Below, in pieces: positions 49,501 to 59,487 of a DNA stretch of 64,000 bases; position 1 is the stretch's first letter, and every line of letters begins with the position of its first letter. The notes under the pieces were generated by a model. It did no database searches. It saw nothing but the letters and a program-made list of their open reading frames with translations, and had not been told where the DNA came from. The DNA lies in IMG/VR virus record IMGVR_UViG_3300024259_000010, positions 124,001-188,000 of that record; one strand, written 5' to 3'. Made by a program: the position numbers and the translations under genes.

Positions 49501-49949
49501 AAACAATGCCAATTGGTACTTATATTGTTCATGCTAGAAATAAAAATAATAATGTTTATAACGCAGCTATTGTATTAACGGATGATGGTAGAGAGTTTAT
49601 CGATTACCGTGGACGTAATTCAGTCGGTGATGATAGTGGTAATTCTGGTACATTATCTAAAACTGTTGTTCCTGGAACAACGTATACGTTGATACCAACT
49701 GACAATGGTAAGATAATTGAATTCACTAGTGCTACTGCTGTTACCTTAACAGTCCCAGTTGATTTATCTTCTACATTTAATTGTACAATACTTCAGTCTG
49801 GTGCTGGACAGATAACTATTGTTGATGATGGAACTTCTACTGTTAACAATGCAGATAACTTCTTTACTACTGAAAAGCCATATGTGTTTGTTTCACTATT
49901 GCATCTAGGTAGTAATAACTTCGTCATTGACGGGAGGTTAATACCATGA
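46503..49949 (+). CDS. Tail fibre-like protein
   Basis: 1148 aa, G/T/N/D-rich mosaic; duplicated H.D.S..GSGAIIT..ER motif; GNDGRL/DARLSD..DP..H segments; C-terminal TYTL..TDNGKII...GAGQITI domain common in phage fibres. Confidence 0.7.
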   Translation: MILINGIQQGGAGLDPVDEAKVDNITVENPVNLDDVVAETDANTNHADGPVTDHTDVSNAGSGAIITVAERNAITENSGKVSADESVETHSDISSKGSGAIITDQERIDLGIAKDASHTEHVADDVEWSTEHEHVNSMKDVIDHVWSAGACGGVDNFKITKIGSGGVTVTDGYAVLRNDVTSHASLDGYHIPASGDIYVANNKTSIIYIDQATQSVLHTDAIDQVMMNNQRTIIYAVNRVDDALNIVDFRAYNVDYLRKNSLKDWSVNGIEYGGGAFVTDGAVTHTMQISSGLFFLLNTVLTTPEINTDVTHVDNDPLVDIFDYVYTDGDGDWDRNPGSTVINKLQYDTGTGLANIGNKDFGCHYVYTVLNSPSHYVVVLGKGSYSSYADAIATPVPSGSLVPPDLAKPSTATHIATIITKQDNTWFYDVLTPFYDNLVSSFNLPITHNEHNGIQGGDDVNKEYYHITEAQEAAIGGSIAKTALITVASAVDLNDMPVSEDQQAAINNAVVGMYDHIGGYNGTTNVPSLDDRNDPGTPIIADILKGHTYTVEVEGTFFGESVEVGDHIISNQDDPSELSHWSRVNKNISFGSTQGTACEGNDGRLPSVNEKAAMKGTEVGDPPSATNEFITNDDARLSDDRDPNTHAGNHISGGEDPIREATNGQNGLATASHIQKIEASYSVKHSHVNKVNLDTIDQNMAKADSPEFAGATIGGVNFNDTLALMHNPTGFDRMNVASYGTLTLNGGTTRTVTHGLNGQDIEYYRHGVKISKTEAQVTTQFPNTEGLWFIYYNETDTLVITQTPWNVAADHHVFVAILYWDAVNEVGVLGEERHGLMDPYTHDIMHHGIGSLHRGGFDPTFTIGNGSADAHCEIQGFTAGSFSDEDIINVNDEQTTYEVWWKEGSETAPVWRWETASAAAVSMAGSRPYWNQLTGGTWQRTEMTDNDYMCMHPIALNRYGVTNKVILIMGENLYETAAEARVAAPGELNTIRFGSLPSPETMPIGTYIVHARNKNNNVYNAAIVLTDDGREFIDYRGRNSVGDDSGNSGTLSKTVVPGTTYTLIPTDNGKIIEFTSATAVTLTVPVDLSSTFNCTILQSGAGQITIVDDGTSTVNNADNFFTTEKPYVFVSLLHLGSNNFVIDGRLIP

Positions 49950-51997
49950 GATTAGGAAACTTACCTATAGCGAGTACCAAGACAACACTTAAGACTGGAT
50001 TAGTTGGATGGTGGTTAATGGATAAGATCGTAGGTGGTAAGGTTCAGGACCTTAGTGGTAATGGCCACGATGCCACCGTTGTAGGTGATGTTGAAGACGG
50101 GCATAGAGGGTTACATGGAGGCTCCCTCTATTTCCCCGGAACCAACGATCGCTTAGTAGTAGCACATACTGCAAAACTTGCAATAACAGGAAGTATTACA
50201 ATATCCTATTGGGTAAATATAGATAAGGGTGAAACTGGTGATCAGATGGTACTATCTAAAAGTGCTGGTTTTGAACCAGGTGGATACCAATCATATATGA
50301 ATGGTGGTCTTGAAGGTTATGGTATGCGATTTGGTCGCGGTAATGATCTTCCTGATCCTGATGATAGTAGTGAACGTAGGAATTGTGATCTATTAAATCA
50401 TACTGGAGTATGGGCCAACTATTCAGTATCATGTACTTCAGTAGGGGATGTTCATACATTAAGATTCTTTATCAATGGGGTATTCTCCAATGAAGATGTG
50501 TTTACTGAACCGGTTATTGACAGGGGTAATGATCTATGGATAGGTGAATCCCCAGGCGGTAGTCGTGATTTTAATGGACACTTAGCTGACTTACGTATAT
50601 GGAATCGAGCATTGACTGATACTGAAATGGAAATTGTATATAACGATATTAACTATAATATTAGACCTGCTTTGAAACTTAAGCTTAATGATGTTGATGA
50701 AACAAACAGGCTTCTTGATAATGCTTACCGTAGTAGTGAAGTTTTGATTAACTCTACTGAACCGGAAGATATGGTGGGGCATCCTGGTATATTCGGTAAT
50801 GACTTATGTTTTAAATTTGATAACAATGATGACTTTTTAAGCATAATTCCATCTACTACAATATTTGATTGTTTACTTGGTGATTTCACATTCTTAGGGT
50901 GGTTTAATACAACGGCTGGTTCTGTTACTAATGAAGTTCTGATAGCACAGGCTAAAGATGATGGTGATATTACTCCAGCACCTATATCTATAGAAGTGAA
51001 TACTAATGATGTATTAACAATGAGATTCGGTGATGGTATTGATTCTACTACTTCAACAGGGACTTCTCTTGTGACTCGTGGTAGATGGGAACATATAGCA
51101 GTTGTAGTATCAGGAACGTCAGTATATTTTTATATTAATACTGTTCTCGATGCTAGTGGTGCTATAACTAATACTAAAACTAGAGCATTTGGTGAGCAAG
51201 AACTGCGTATAGGTATAAGACAACTTGCTAGAGACTTCGGTGGATTTATGGATCATCTTGAACTACATCCTAGTGCATGGTCACAAGATAGTATTCAAGA
51301 AGATTATAATGAAACTGATTCACTTGGATCATATGGTGATCTGGAATGTTGGTATAAGTTAAATGAAGAGTCTGGAACAGTTGCAGAAGATTATTCAAAG
51401 AACCACAATAACTTAAATATATCAAGTGGTGTAACTATTAATCAACCTGGTCAAATATATAAATCATATGAAATGGATGGATCGGTTAATTCTGTAGTTC
51501 AAGCAACTGGTCTTTCTGGATTACCAGCTATTGGTACTGGGGATTATACAATATCTCTGTGGATGAAAATAAATGGTACCCCGGCTGATAGTACTCAATC
51601 ATTACTTGCATTTGGTGGGTTTTCAAATGGACTAGTGTTGCGATATATTGTAAGTGGTGAAGGCACAACTGGTTACTTTAGTATGTCTGAAAACACTAGA
51701 GGTGAAAATAGTCCAAGTAGAGCAGGTCTTAATGATAATGTATGGCATCATGTATGTGTTATAAGATACAATGGGCTTATATCTTATCATATAGATAATG
51801 TATTAGAAGGTACGGATGAGTCCGATGATGGTTCTGGTGACACTAATGACATTACTGTCGCCCCTACACTTATTGAACTTGGTAGAAATGGTGCTGGTAA
51901 TCAGGAACTTGATGGTTGGATAGATGATGTACGTTTCTATTCTAAAGCATTAACTAATTACCAGATTCAACAACTGTCAGAAATGAGCGAACCTTAA
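49946..51997 (+). CDS. Triple LamG/concanavalin-like domain protein
   Basis: Three repeats with GLVGWW/LECWYKL...D.SGN, TIS.W, WHHV and F.G..DD.R...AL. Confidence 0.85.
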   Translation: MRLGNLPIASTKTTLKTGLVGWWLMDKIVGGKVQDLSGNGHDATVVGDVEDGHRGLHGGSLYFPGTNDRLVVAHTAKLAITGSITISYWVNIDKGETGDQMVLSKSAGFEPGGYQSYMNGGLEGYGMRFGRGNDLPDPDDSSERRNCDLLNHTGVWANYSVSCTSVGDVHTLRFFINGVFSNEDVFTEPVIDRGNDLWIGESPGGSRDFNGHLADLRIWNRALTDTEMEIVYNDINYNIRPALKLKLNDVDETNRLLDNAYRSSEVLINSTEPEDMVGHPGIFGNDLCFKFDNNDDFLSIIPSTTIFDCLLGDFTFLGWFNTTAGSVTNEVLIAQAKDDGDITPAPISIEVNTNDVLTMRFGDGIDSTTSTGTSLVTRGRWEHIAVVVSGTSVYFYINTVLDASGAITNTKTRAFGEQELRIGIRQLARDFGGFMDHLELHPSAWSQDSIQEDYNETDSLGSYGDLECWYKLNEESGTVAEDYSKNHNNLNISSGVTINQPGQIYKSYEMDGSVNSVVQATGLSGLPAIGTGDYTISLWMKINGTPADSTQSLLAFGGFSNGLVLRYIVSGEGTTGYFSMSENTRGENSPSRAGLNDNVWHHVCVIRYNGLISYHIDNVLEGTDESDDGSGDTNDITVAPTLIELGRNGAGNQELDGWIDDVRFYSKALTNYQIQQLSEMSEP

Positions 51998-52010
51998 TAT
52001 TAAATAATAT

Positions 52011-52042
52011 CATAGATCTACAGCCTAGGCTGTAGATCTATG
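52011..52042. repeat. Perfect 32-bp palindrome
   Basis: CATAGATCTACAGCCT|AGGCTGTAGATCTATG with no spacer. Confidence 0.95.
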
Positions 52043-52112
52043 GTGTATTACCGTTTATTGAAAATCATATTATGTCGATATAAAAACTTACAAAATTTAT
52101 GGGGGTAAATTT

Positions 52113-52325
52113 ATGAGTAAAGATAATGGTGAAAGAGCAATAGCTGAGGCACGTATTATATGCTCATGGATAGATAGTCATATGAATCAATTTGCTAACT
52201 GTCCACAAAGTGATTTTATAAAAGAGAAAATTAAAAAAGATTTAGAGTGTATTAAACGGAGTTGTACACAGTCAACATACAAATGGTACGCACATGTATA
52301 TAAAGCTATATTGGATGTAGAATAA
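52113..52325 (+). CDS. Hypothetical protein
   Basis: 70 aa; GGGGG RBS; late-type motif at 52066. Confidence 0.5.
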   Translation: MSKDNGERAIAEARIICSWIDSHMNQFANCPQSDFIKEKIKKDLECIKRSCTQSTYKWYAHVYKAILDVE

Positions 52326-52381
52326 TTTATCTAATATATAGTATACTAAGAATTTATAAATAAGAAAAGGAAAGGGACATT

Positions 52382-55300
52382 ATGAGGAAGTATTTAAATA
52401 AAGCCTTACTGACATCTATTATGTTTATTAGCATGATGAGCAGTAATGGTTATGGGCAAACACCATATACAGATGGTATGCCTATTACAGATATTGCAAA
52501 TAAACAACCTATGAGTATTATATCTGGTAAGATTAATTATGGTTGGGATCAACTATATAACTTATCTCAAGGACAAGGAGCATCCGGTCTAAGAATCGAT
52601 GCATTGGAAGCTCAAACAAATTACTGGAACTCGGTGTCTAATAATGTGACACAGAATTATGAAGCTGCTGATACATTATTAGATAATTCTAAACTTAATA
52701 TCACTAATGGTGTATTTGTTACATCACTGAGTTCTACTGATGGTAGTGAGGTAGTTAGTTTATCCCCAAGTGAGGTATCTGTATTTAACGGAACTAGTGG
52801 AAGTAAACTAACAGACTTAGATATATCTATTACTGATGGTAGTGATAGAGCATCATTGACTCCAGGTACTCTCGCTTTAGATAATTTATTTATATTACAA
52901 ACAACTTCTAGTAAATTAGAAGTAAGTAAAAATGATCCAAACTATACCACACAGATTAATGGTGATGTGCAGATTAGTAAAGGTGATGCTTCTCTAGATT
53001 CATTAACAATGGGATATTGGACTATCAATAATTGGTATGACATTATAGGACCAATACCGCTGCAATATACTATTGAAAGAGGTATATGGGCAGGTCAAGT
53101 ATTATATTGGACAGCTACTACTCAGGGGAGACCAACCTATAATAATAATGATGTAACATTATACTGGGATGGGGAAAAGTGGAGACTGACCGACAATGGA
53201 GCGATTTATTATGTATGTACTTCCAACACACAACATCCACCATGGGACCATGAATGGAATGCAGTACCATCAGGTTTAACATATAATCCTACAACAAGTC
53301 CTTTACTCACACGGCAATTAAACTCTAAACAGGAGATGATGAATGTTGTAGACAGTAAAGTAGATATGTTAAATGGTACTGCTACTAATCTAACTGTCGA
53401 TACATTATTAACAGCAGACGATGTTATTATAACTGAAAGTGCTCTTATTGACGGTGTAGATATAAAAGATTATGCAGTGTATATTGAAGATGATCCTGAG
53501 AACTGGGCGAAGTTAACAAGTGAAAAACTACGAATAGATTCAGTTATTGAAGAATGGGAACTTCCAACTGAAACCAATCGGATGGATCTGACATCAAGTG
53601 GTATTGGGATAGATGATTATACGAATGATAAACATGCTTCTTTTAACCCAAGTGCGGTAACCTTTGGTACGACTACTGATTCCGCTACTTTATCAGCATC
53701 CCACCTAGCATTGGGACACAATGATACTTCTGTAGAATCAGATGGTACTGATGTAATGATAGGTAATACATACATAGATACTATAATCAAAGCTAATAGT
53801 TTGGTTGATATACAAGCAAGTGTTGATATCATGGATGATCTTACTGTAGACGACCGATCATACTTCTATGGTACTGTAAATTTCAAAGATACTGTATGGT
53901 TAACCGATGGTGATAATGGTGGTCAAGTATGGATGCAAGATACTAGAGTTACTCTGGTCGATGTTGCATTTACTACATCCGATGGATTATGTACGTTCGT
54001 TGTTCCTGATCATGGGTTAAATAATAACAATAATACAGATGTAGCTATATTAGCTAGTAATCAAAATGATCTACCAATTGGTGTTCAATACGTTATTGAT
54101 GTCTTGGATAACAATACGTTTACAGTTCCTGCTGGTGCTGGTGCTGATGGATTAGGTGGTACTGCTGATATAAATGAAGATGGTAAAACAGCATATGTAT
54201 ATAATTCATGGACTGACAGACATAGTTTTAACAGCCCTGTAACATTCGACGTAAATCATCAGGTGACTATGGAAGGACCTGTTGTTATTGCTGAAGCAAC
54301 ACTCGATGATCTCTATGTAAAAGGTAGTACTTATCTCAATTCCGATAGAGGTACTGGTAATGTAATATTACGAGGCCAAAGTGTTGTGTTAGATAATCAA
54401 GCATTTACTTCTGGAATGGGTGATGATATCCTAGTTGCAAAAACAGACCATGGATTAATTAGTGGTGACAATGTCAATGTTACATTGTCAAGTAATACTG
54501 GAGATCTACCAAATGGTGCATATGGTGTGTATGTACTCAATGACAATATGTTTATGGTAGACTCTGGTGGTGTTATCAATGGTGAAGGTGGTACAGCAAC
54601 TTTCACTGAACAAGATTCAACTCCATATCAATATGTTAATGCCTATGATAAACATTACTTTTATAGTGAAGTGGATTTTTCAGAACCAGTTACTATTAGT
54701 GAAGTGGATTTTTCAGAACCAGTTACTATTAGTGAAGGGACACTTGGCAATATTACATTAAGTGATGATATAGATGCTGCTGAATATAATATTGAAAATG
54801 TTGATGATATGGATGTCACTACGGTTTCAGTAGATGGCTATACTGTTGCAGATATCGATTCATTTGATTTACTATTAGGTAATTCTTCTTTGGGGACTAA
54901 GATTGATTCAAATAGCTCTGGTATTGAAATGGATCATAATGTTAAAATGAATTTCCAACTTAATGTGGCAGGTAAATCAACATTTAATTATCTCAATGGA
55001 TATAATGATTTCAAAATTAGAAACTATACTTCGGATGAAGTAGATGCACCATTCACATCTGTTGTAGGTAATACAGTAACATTTAATTATTATCACGGTT
55101 TGCAGAATGGTGATCAAATTCGTATTCAGAATTCATCTGCTGAAAATGAACTACCAAATGGATACTACAACATATCTCGAATAGATAGTAGTACCTTTAC
55201 CGTTGATGCTGGCCAGCCTGGTACTGGAGCAGCTGGTACTGCAGATGTAGCAGAAGAAAGTAAAGATGTACTTTTCTACGATGTAGGTGATGATGAATTC

Positions 55301-55951
55301 ACATTCAATAGTCCCGTATCATTTGGATATGGTCATCAGGTAACTATAGATGGACCTATTGATATAAATGACGGTCTTACATTAGGTGGTGATATAGATG
55401 CTGCTGTATATGATATTAATAATGTTGGTGAGTTACAAGCTACATCTTTAGAAGCTTCAGATTCCACTGGTTATTTACTTACGTCTGTAGTTGGAGGCGA
55501 GGGTGATATACGTTGGGTACCAGGAACAGTAGGAGGTCTTGCAACAATTGACTTCCGTATTGAACCTAATAACAATGATGATGGTAATTATAGATTCGGC
55601 TTGTCTTCTGGTAGCACAGGGGCTAATTCCATTGAGATATTCTCACCAAATAGTGCAATTAAAAATACTAGATTATCTTGTGGTAATATCACATATATTA
55701 ATGGTAATACAGACTTAAATAGAGCAGCTCAAACTGTTGTCATAGGAGCCACTTCTGGTACTGACAATACTGATACTCTATTGGAAGTAAAGTCAACACC
55801 TGATTTACCGGGTTGTTTCTTATTACCACGAATGAGCACAGCTGATCGCGATACATATATAAGTTCACCAACTGCAGGACATATGATATTTAATACAACA
55901 ACCACAAAAGCTGAAGTGTACGATGGTTCTACATGGCAAGCTTGTTGGTAA
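52382..55951 (+). CDS. Large fibre/adhesin-like protein with N-terminal signal peptide
   Basis: MRKYLNKALLTSIMFISMMSSNGYG-Q leader; three HGL..GD.V......LPNG.Y.....D..TFTV repeats; C-terminal LLPRMSTADRD...P.AG.MIFNTT....EVYDG..W domain. Confidence 0.65.
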   Translation: MRKYLNKALLTSIMFISMMSSNGYGQTPYTDGMPITDIANKQPMSIISGKINYGWDQLYNLSQGQGASGLRIDALEAQTNYWNSVSNNVTQNYEAADTLLDNSKLNITNGVFVTSLSSTDGSEVVSLSPSEVSVFNGTSGSKLTDLDISITDGSDRASLTPGTLALDNLFILQTTSSKLEVSKNDPNYTTQINGDVQISKGDASLDSLTMGYWTINNWYDIIGPIPLQYTIERGIWAGQVLYWTATTQGRPTYNNNDVTLYWDGEKWRLTDNGAIYYVCTSNTQHPPWDHEWNAVPSGLTYNPTTSPLLTRQLNSKQEMMNVVDSKVDMLNGTATNLTVDTLLTADDVIITESALIDGVDIKDYAVYIEDDPENWAKLTSEKLRIDSVIEEWELPTETNRMDLTSSGIGIDDYTNDKHASFNPSAVTFGTTTDSATLSASHLALGHNDTSVESDGTDVMIGNTYIDTIIKANSLVDIQASVDIMDDLTVDDRSYFYGTVNFKDTVWLTDGDNGGQVWMQDTRVTLVDVAFTTSDGLCTFVVPDHGLNNNNNTDVAILASNQNDLPIGVQYVIDVLDNNTFTVPAGAGADGLGGTADINEDGKTAYVYNSWTDRHSFNSPVTFDVNHQVTMEGPVVIAEATLDDLYVKGSTYLNSDRGTGNVILRGQSVVLDNQAFTSGMGDDILVAKTDHGLISGDNVNVTLSSNTGDLPNGAYGVYVLNDNMFMVDSGGVINGEGGTATFTEQDSTPYQYVNAYDKHYFYSEVDFSEPVTISEVDFSEPVTISEGTLGNITLSDDIDAAEYNIENVDDMDVTTVSVDGYTVADIDSFDLLLGNSSLGTKIDSNSSGIEMDHNVKMNFQLNVAGKSTFNYLNGYNDFKIRNYTSDEVDAPFTSVVGNTVTFNYYHGLQNGDQIRIQNSSAENELPNGYYNISRIDSSTFTVDAGQPGTGAAGTADVAEESKDVLFYDVGDDEFTFNSPVSFGYGHQVTIDGPIDINDGLTLGGDIDAAVYDINNVGELQATSLEASDSTGYLLTSVVGGEGDIRWVPGTVGGLATIDFRIEPNNNDDGNYRFGLSSGSTGANSIEIFSPNSAIKNTRLSCGNITYINGNTDLNRAAQTVVIGATSGTDNTDTLLEVKSTPDLPGCFLLPRMSTADRDTYISSPTAGHMIFNTTTTKAEVYDGSTWQACW
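54664..54737 (+). repeat. Exact 33-bp in-frame tandem duplication (SEVDFSEPVTI x2)
   Basis: TAGTGAAGTGGATTTTTCAGAACCAGTTACTAT twice, plus a partial third copy. Confidence 0.95.
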
Positions 55952-56002
55952 CACATAACTTAAATAAACAAATTGTTAAACTAGAAAGAAAAGGAATAGA
56001 AA

Positions 56003-56407
56003 ATGAAGAAATTAATTATTATTGGATTGATGGCACTTATCGGCGGTGGATTATTTGGAGATGTTTACCCAGCTCCTACTAACACTACATTCACATTAAC
56101 CGTAACTGCTTTTGATGTCCGTAAGACTGAAGCTAATGTAGATGGCTCATGGGATATCATTACTGATGTTGTATTGGATAAAGAATTATCTAATGCTGAT
56201 GAAGAAGGTTCTAATGAATCTGTTAAGGTCCGCACTATCCGTGCTGATGTTACAGTATTTGCAGAAGAGATTGCTACAGCTGCTGGTATTGACATTGAAG
56301 TCGAAGGATGGGAAGCATTGTTAACCACAAAGCCATATGCTGAAGTTCGAGTAGCTGTCATTACTGCCGCTCAGATGAAAGTCATTGCTCTTGTAATGGC
56401 TCCCTAG
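56003..56407 (+). CDS. Signal-peptide-bearing hypothetical protein
   Basis: MKKLIIIGLMALIGGGLFG-D leader; acidic mature part. Confidence 0.65.
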   Translation: MKKLIIIGLMALIGGGLFGDVYPAPTNTTFTLTVTAFDVRKTEANVDGSWDIITDVVLDKELSNADEEGSNESVKVRTIRADVTVFAEEIATAAGIDIEVEGWEALLTTKPYAEVRVAVITAAQMKVIALVMAP

Positions 56408-56418
56408 TGTGAACTAAA

Positions 56419-56817
56419 ATGATAAAAAAGTATTACAAATGGACATTGGAAGATGGTGATGTCACTATTATAATACCTGATAAATATAAATTACCAGACT
56501 TCGAGAATGAATGGGTCACGATCAAGGATAATGTGATGACTATTCGAAATGGTTATTCATGGGATGGATGTAGTCCTAAAAGAATACTATTTGGAAAACT
56601 CATTGTAGGAACTTGGGATGGACCCATTGATCCGGGGACTGGTAAACAAGTAGCTTATATACCTAGCTTAGTACATGATATATTATGTCAATTTGAAATT
56701 GGTACTCGTAAGAGAGCTGATCGTATATTTAGATATTTACTAGATCTTGTGGATTTTAAATTCAAAAGATTGTATTATAGGGCTGTAAGAATATTTGGAT
56801 TCTTTGTATCATTTTAA
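56419..56817 (+). CDS. DUF1353-like protein
   Basis: GYSWDGCS, SLVHDILCQ, RKRADRIF, YYRAVRIFG. Confidence 0.75.
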   Translation: MIKKYYKWTLEDGDVTIIIPDKYKLPDFENEWVTIKDNVMTIRNGYSWDGCSPKRILFGKLIVGTWDGPIDPGTGKQVAYIPSLVHDILCQFEIGTRKRADRIFRYLLDLVDFKFKRLYYRAVRIFGFFVSF

Positions 56818-56907
56818 TATTACAAAAGACACGTAGTGGTTAATTTCACTACGTGTCTTTATTTCCTTTTTATTTGGATTCAGTACGGATATCTTGAATG
56901 TGATTAA

Positions 56908-57012
56908 ATGGTGATTCCAAGAGTAGAAAAAGTAATAATAACAGGGCTAAATTTTGAAGTAGATCATGTAATCCGATTTAGATACATATTAGTATTGTTT
57001 ATAAAATACTGA
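56908..57012 (+). pseudogene. Possible relic of an HNH endonuclease
   Basis: 34-codon frame containing TGLNFEVDHVI, then diverging. Confidence 0.4.
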
Positions 57013-57052
57013 AGGTAGTTATGGTATGAGTTGGAAAATAGATTGAAGGGAA

Positions 57053-59308
57053 ATGGAATATATGAATACTCTTAATATTGAAAATAAAATTATCAAACGT
57101 GATGGATCTGTTGTGGAATACGATGGTTCTAAAATCACAAAAGCTGTTTTAAAAGCAATCGAAAATGTTTCACAGGAGAATGTAGAAACTAATTACAAAT
57201 TAGCTGAAGAGATCTCAGCTGCAGTAGAGAATGTTATTAAATGGAAGTTTGTTTCCATTGATGATAATATTGAAAATATCAACATTGAAGAAATTCAGAA
57301 TATTGTAGAACAACAGATGATGTCTATGGGACACTTTGATATTGGACGTTCGTTCATTGTACATCGTGAAGAACAGAAGCAAAAGCGTAATACACGACTA
57401 CGCCCCGACATTACAGCTATTGAGGACTATGTATTTACTAGTAAGTATGCGCGTTATATCCCAGAGCTTAATCGTCGTGAAACATTTGAAGAAACATGTA
57501 CTCGTGTAAAAGATATGTTCATCAAACAATATCCTAATATTGAAGATGATATTGAATGGGCATTTGAACGTGTGCTTGATAAACAATGCCTACCTTCTAT
57601 GCGTGCTATGCAATTTGGTGGTGTTCCAGTAGAACGTCATAATGCAAGATTGTACAACTGTAGTTTCTCATTATGTGATAGAGTTGATTTCTTTAAAGAA
57701 TCTATGTACTTATTACTATGTGGAGTTGGTGTTGGATTTAGTGTTGAGTTTGAACATGTTGAAAAGATTCCTAAGCTTGCACAGTCACTTGATAAACATG
57801 ATGTTAAACATCATATCATTGCTGATAGTATTGAAGGTTGGGCTGATGCAATTAGTGAACTTGTCGACAGTTATATCAAAGGAACATATGTTGAATTCTC
57901 ATATGCTGAGATTCGTCCATTCGGAGCTGCTATCTCATCTGGTGGAAGAGCACCCGGTCATGTTGCATTAAAGAACTCTATTGAAAAATGTCGATTAGTT
58001 CTTGATGGTGCATTAGGTCGTCAGTTGAAACCTATTGAATGTTATGACATGATTATGCATAGTGCCGATGCTGTACTAGCTGGTGGTGTGAGACGTAGTG
58101 CTTGTATTTGTTTGTTCTCCCAAGATGATGGTGAGATGATCAATGCTAAACGTGATAATTGGTTTGAAACTAATCCACAACGTGCTCGTTCTAATAACTC
58201 TGTTAAGCTCATCCGTAAAGATGTAACTAAAGCACAGTTCATGCGTGTGTTCCAGAAGCAGAAAGAATGGGGTGAACCTGGATTCTTCTTTGCTAACGAT
58301 CTTAATCATGGAACTAACCCTTGTTGTGAAATTGGACTCGATCCTACATTGGAAACAGAAGATGGATTAGTTACTGGTTGGCAGTTCTGTAACCTGACTG
58401 AGATCAATGGTAGTAAGTTAGTTAACGTAGATGCTTTTAGAGAAGCAGTTACAGCAGCTACTATTATTGGAACATGTCAAGCAGGATTTACAAGCTTCCC
58501 ATATCTAGGAAGTGTTACTGAAGATATTTGTAAACGTGATGCTCTATTGGGTGTATCTATTACAGGTATGATGGAACATCCTGATGTAGCATTAGATCCT
58601 GATACTCAGAAGATGATGGCTTTGTATGCAGTTGGTGTAAATGATAAGATGTCTAAGAAGATTAATATCAATCAAGCTAAACGTATTACTTGTGTTAAAC
58701 CAGCTGGGACTACATCATTAGTATTAGGAACAGCTTCTGGTATTCATCCTCGACATGCTCGTAGATACTTCAGACGTGTTCAAGCAAGTATTGCAGATCC
58801 TGTCTACAAACACTTCAAAGCAGCTAATCCACATATGTGTGAAGCATCTGTTTATAGTGCTAATCAAACTGATGATGTTATTTCATTCTGTATTGAATCT
58901 AGCCCTGATGCGATCCTACGTAAAGATGTTTCTGCTCTTGATCTACTTGGTCATGTTTTGAACACTCAGAACAACTGGGTTAAGTATGGTAATACTGTCG
59001 ATATGGATGGTCTAAATCATAACGTTTCCAACACCGTTACAGTAGCTGAAGGCGATTGGGATAAAGTATCGGAATTCATCTGGAACAACCGTAGCGACTT
59101 TACAGGTGTTACAACACTAGCTGACTTTGGTGACAAGATGTACCAACAAGCTCCACATGAAGAAGTCACTACAAATGGTGATGAGAAAACATGGGGCGAT
59201 ACTATCTCTAAATTCAATAAAGTGGACTACACTGAATTGAAAGAACAAGAGGATGTCACAACATTAAATAAAGAAATTGCATGTGCCGGTGGTAAGTGTG
59301 ATATCTAA
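57053..59308 (+). CDS. nrdJ: Class II (adenosylcobalamin-dependent) ribonucleotide reductase with ATP cone
   Basis: IIKRDG ATP cone, KYARY, LPSMR, YNC, VLAGGVRRSA, RSNNS, GEPG, TNPCCEI, CNLTE, TCVKPAGT, C-terminal CAGGKC. Confidence 0.9.
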   Translation: MEYMNTLNIENKIIKRDGSVVEYDGSKITKAVLKAIENVSQENVETNYKLAEEISAAVENVIKWKFVSIDDNIENINIEEIQNIVEQQMMSMGHFDIGRSFIVHREEQKQKRNTRLRPDITAIEDYVFTSKYARYIPELNRRETFEETCTRVKDMFIKQYPNIEDDIEWAFERVLDKQCLPSMRAMQFGGVPVERHNARLYNCSFSLCDRVDFFKESMYLLLCGVGVGFSVEFEHVEKIPKLAQSLDKHDVKHHIIADSIEGWADAISELVDSYIKGTYVEFSYAEIRPFGAAISSGGRAPGHVALKNSIEKCRLVLDGALGRQLKPIECYDMIMHSADAVLAGGVRRSACICLFSQDDGEMINAKRDNWFETNPQRARSNNSVKLIRKDVTKAQFMRVFQKQKEWGEPGFFFANDLNHGTNPCCEIGLDPTLETEDGLVTGWQFCNLTEINGSKLVNVDAFREAVTAATIIGTCQAGFTSFPYLGSVTEDICKRDALLGVSITGMMEHPDVALDPDTQKMMALYAVGVNDKMSKKININQAKRITCVKPAGTTSLVLGTASGIHPRHARRYFRRVQASIADPVYKHFKAANPHMCEASVYSANQTDDVISFCIESSPDAILRKDVSALDLLGHVLNTQNNWVKYGNTVDMDGLNHNVSNTVTVAEGDWDKVSEFIWNNRSDFTGVTTLADFGDKMYQQAPHEEVTTNGDEKTWGDTISKFNKVDYTELKEQEDVTTLNKEIACAGGKCDI

Positions 59309-59486
59309 GTTATATAACTTTATAACTAGACCAGATACCACATCATTATTTGGAAAAGTATTTCCATTGTGGTTATCCCTTATATGGGACATAGGGATTA
59401 TGATATCTCTATTTCTTATATTTTGGGGTGGTATGCTTGGTTTCGGAATAGTAGCTTTGAAATTTTTCCCAATCCTAGGAGGATAA
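59277..59486 (+). CDS. Small membrane protein
   Basis: Hydrophobic ORF filling the gap between nrdJ and the next gene; start uncertain. Confidence 0.35.
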   Translation: MHVPVVSVISKLYNFITRPDTTSLFGKVFPLWLSLIWDIGIMISLFLIFWGGMLGFGIVALKFFPILGG

Positions 59487-59487
59487 T

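Larger units (their letters stand above)
9691..56860. terminator. Family of long intergenic hairpins (probable bidirectional terminators)
   Basis: 12-18 bp stems at 9691-9727, 15586-15621, 17780-17808, 20059-20097, 23517-23551, 29091-29125, 29796-29833, 31557-31597, 44263-44296 and 56825-56860; several lie between convergent genes. Confidence 0.7.
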
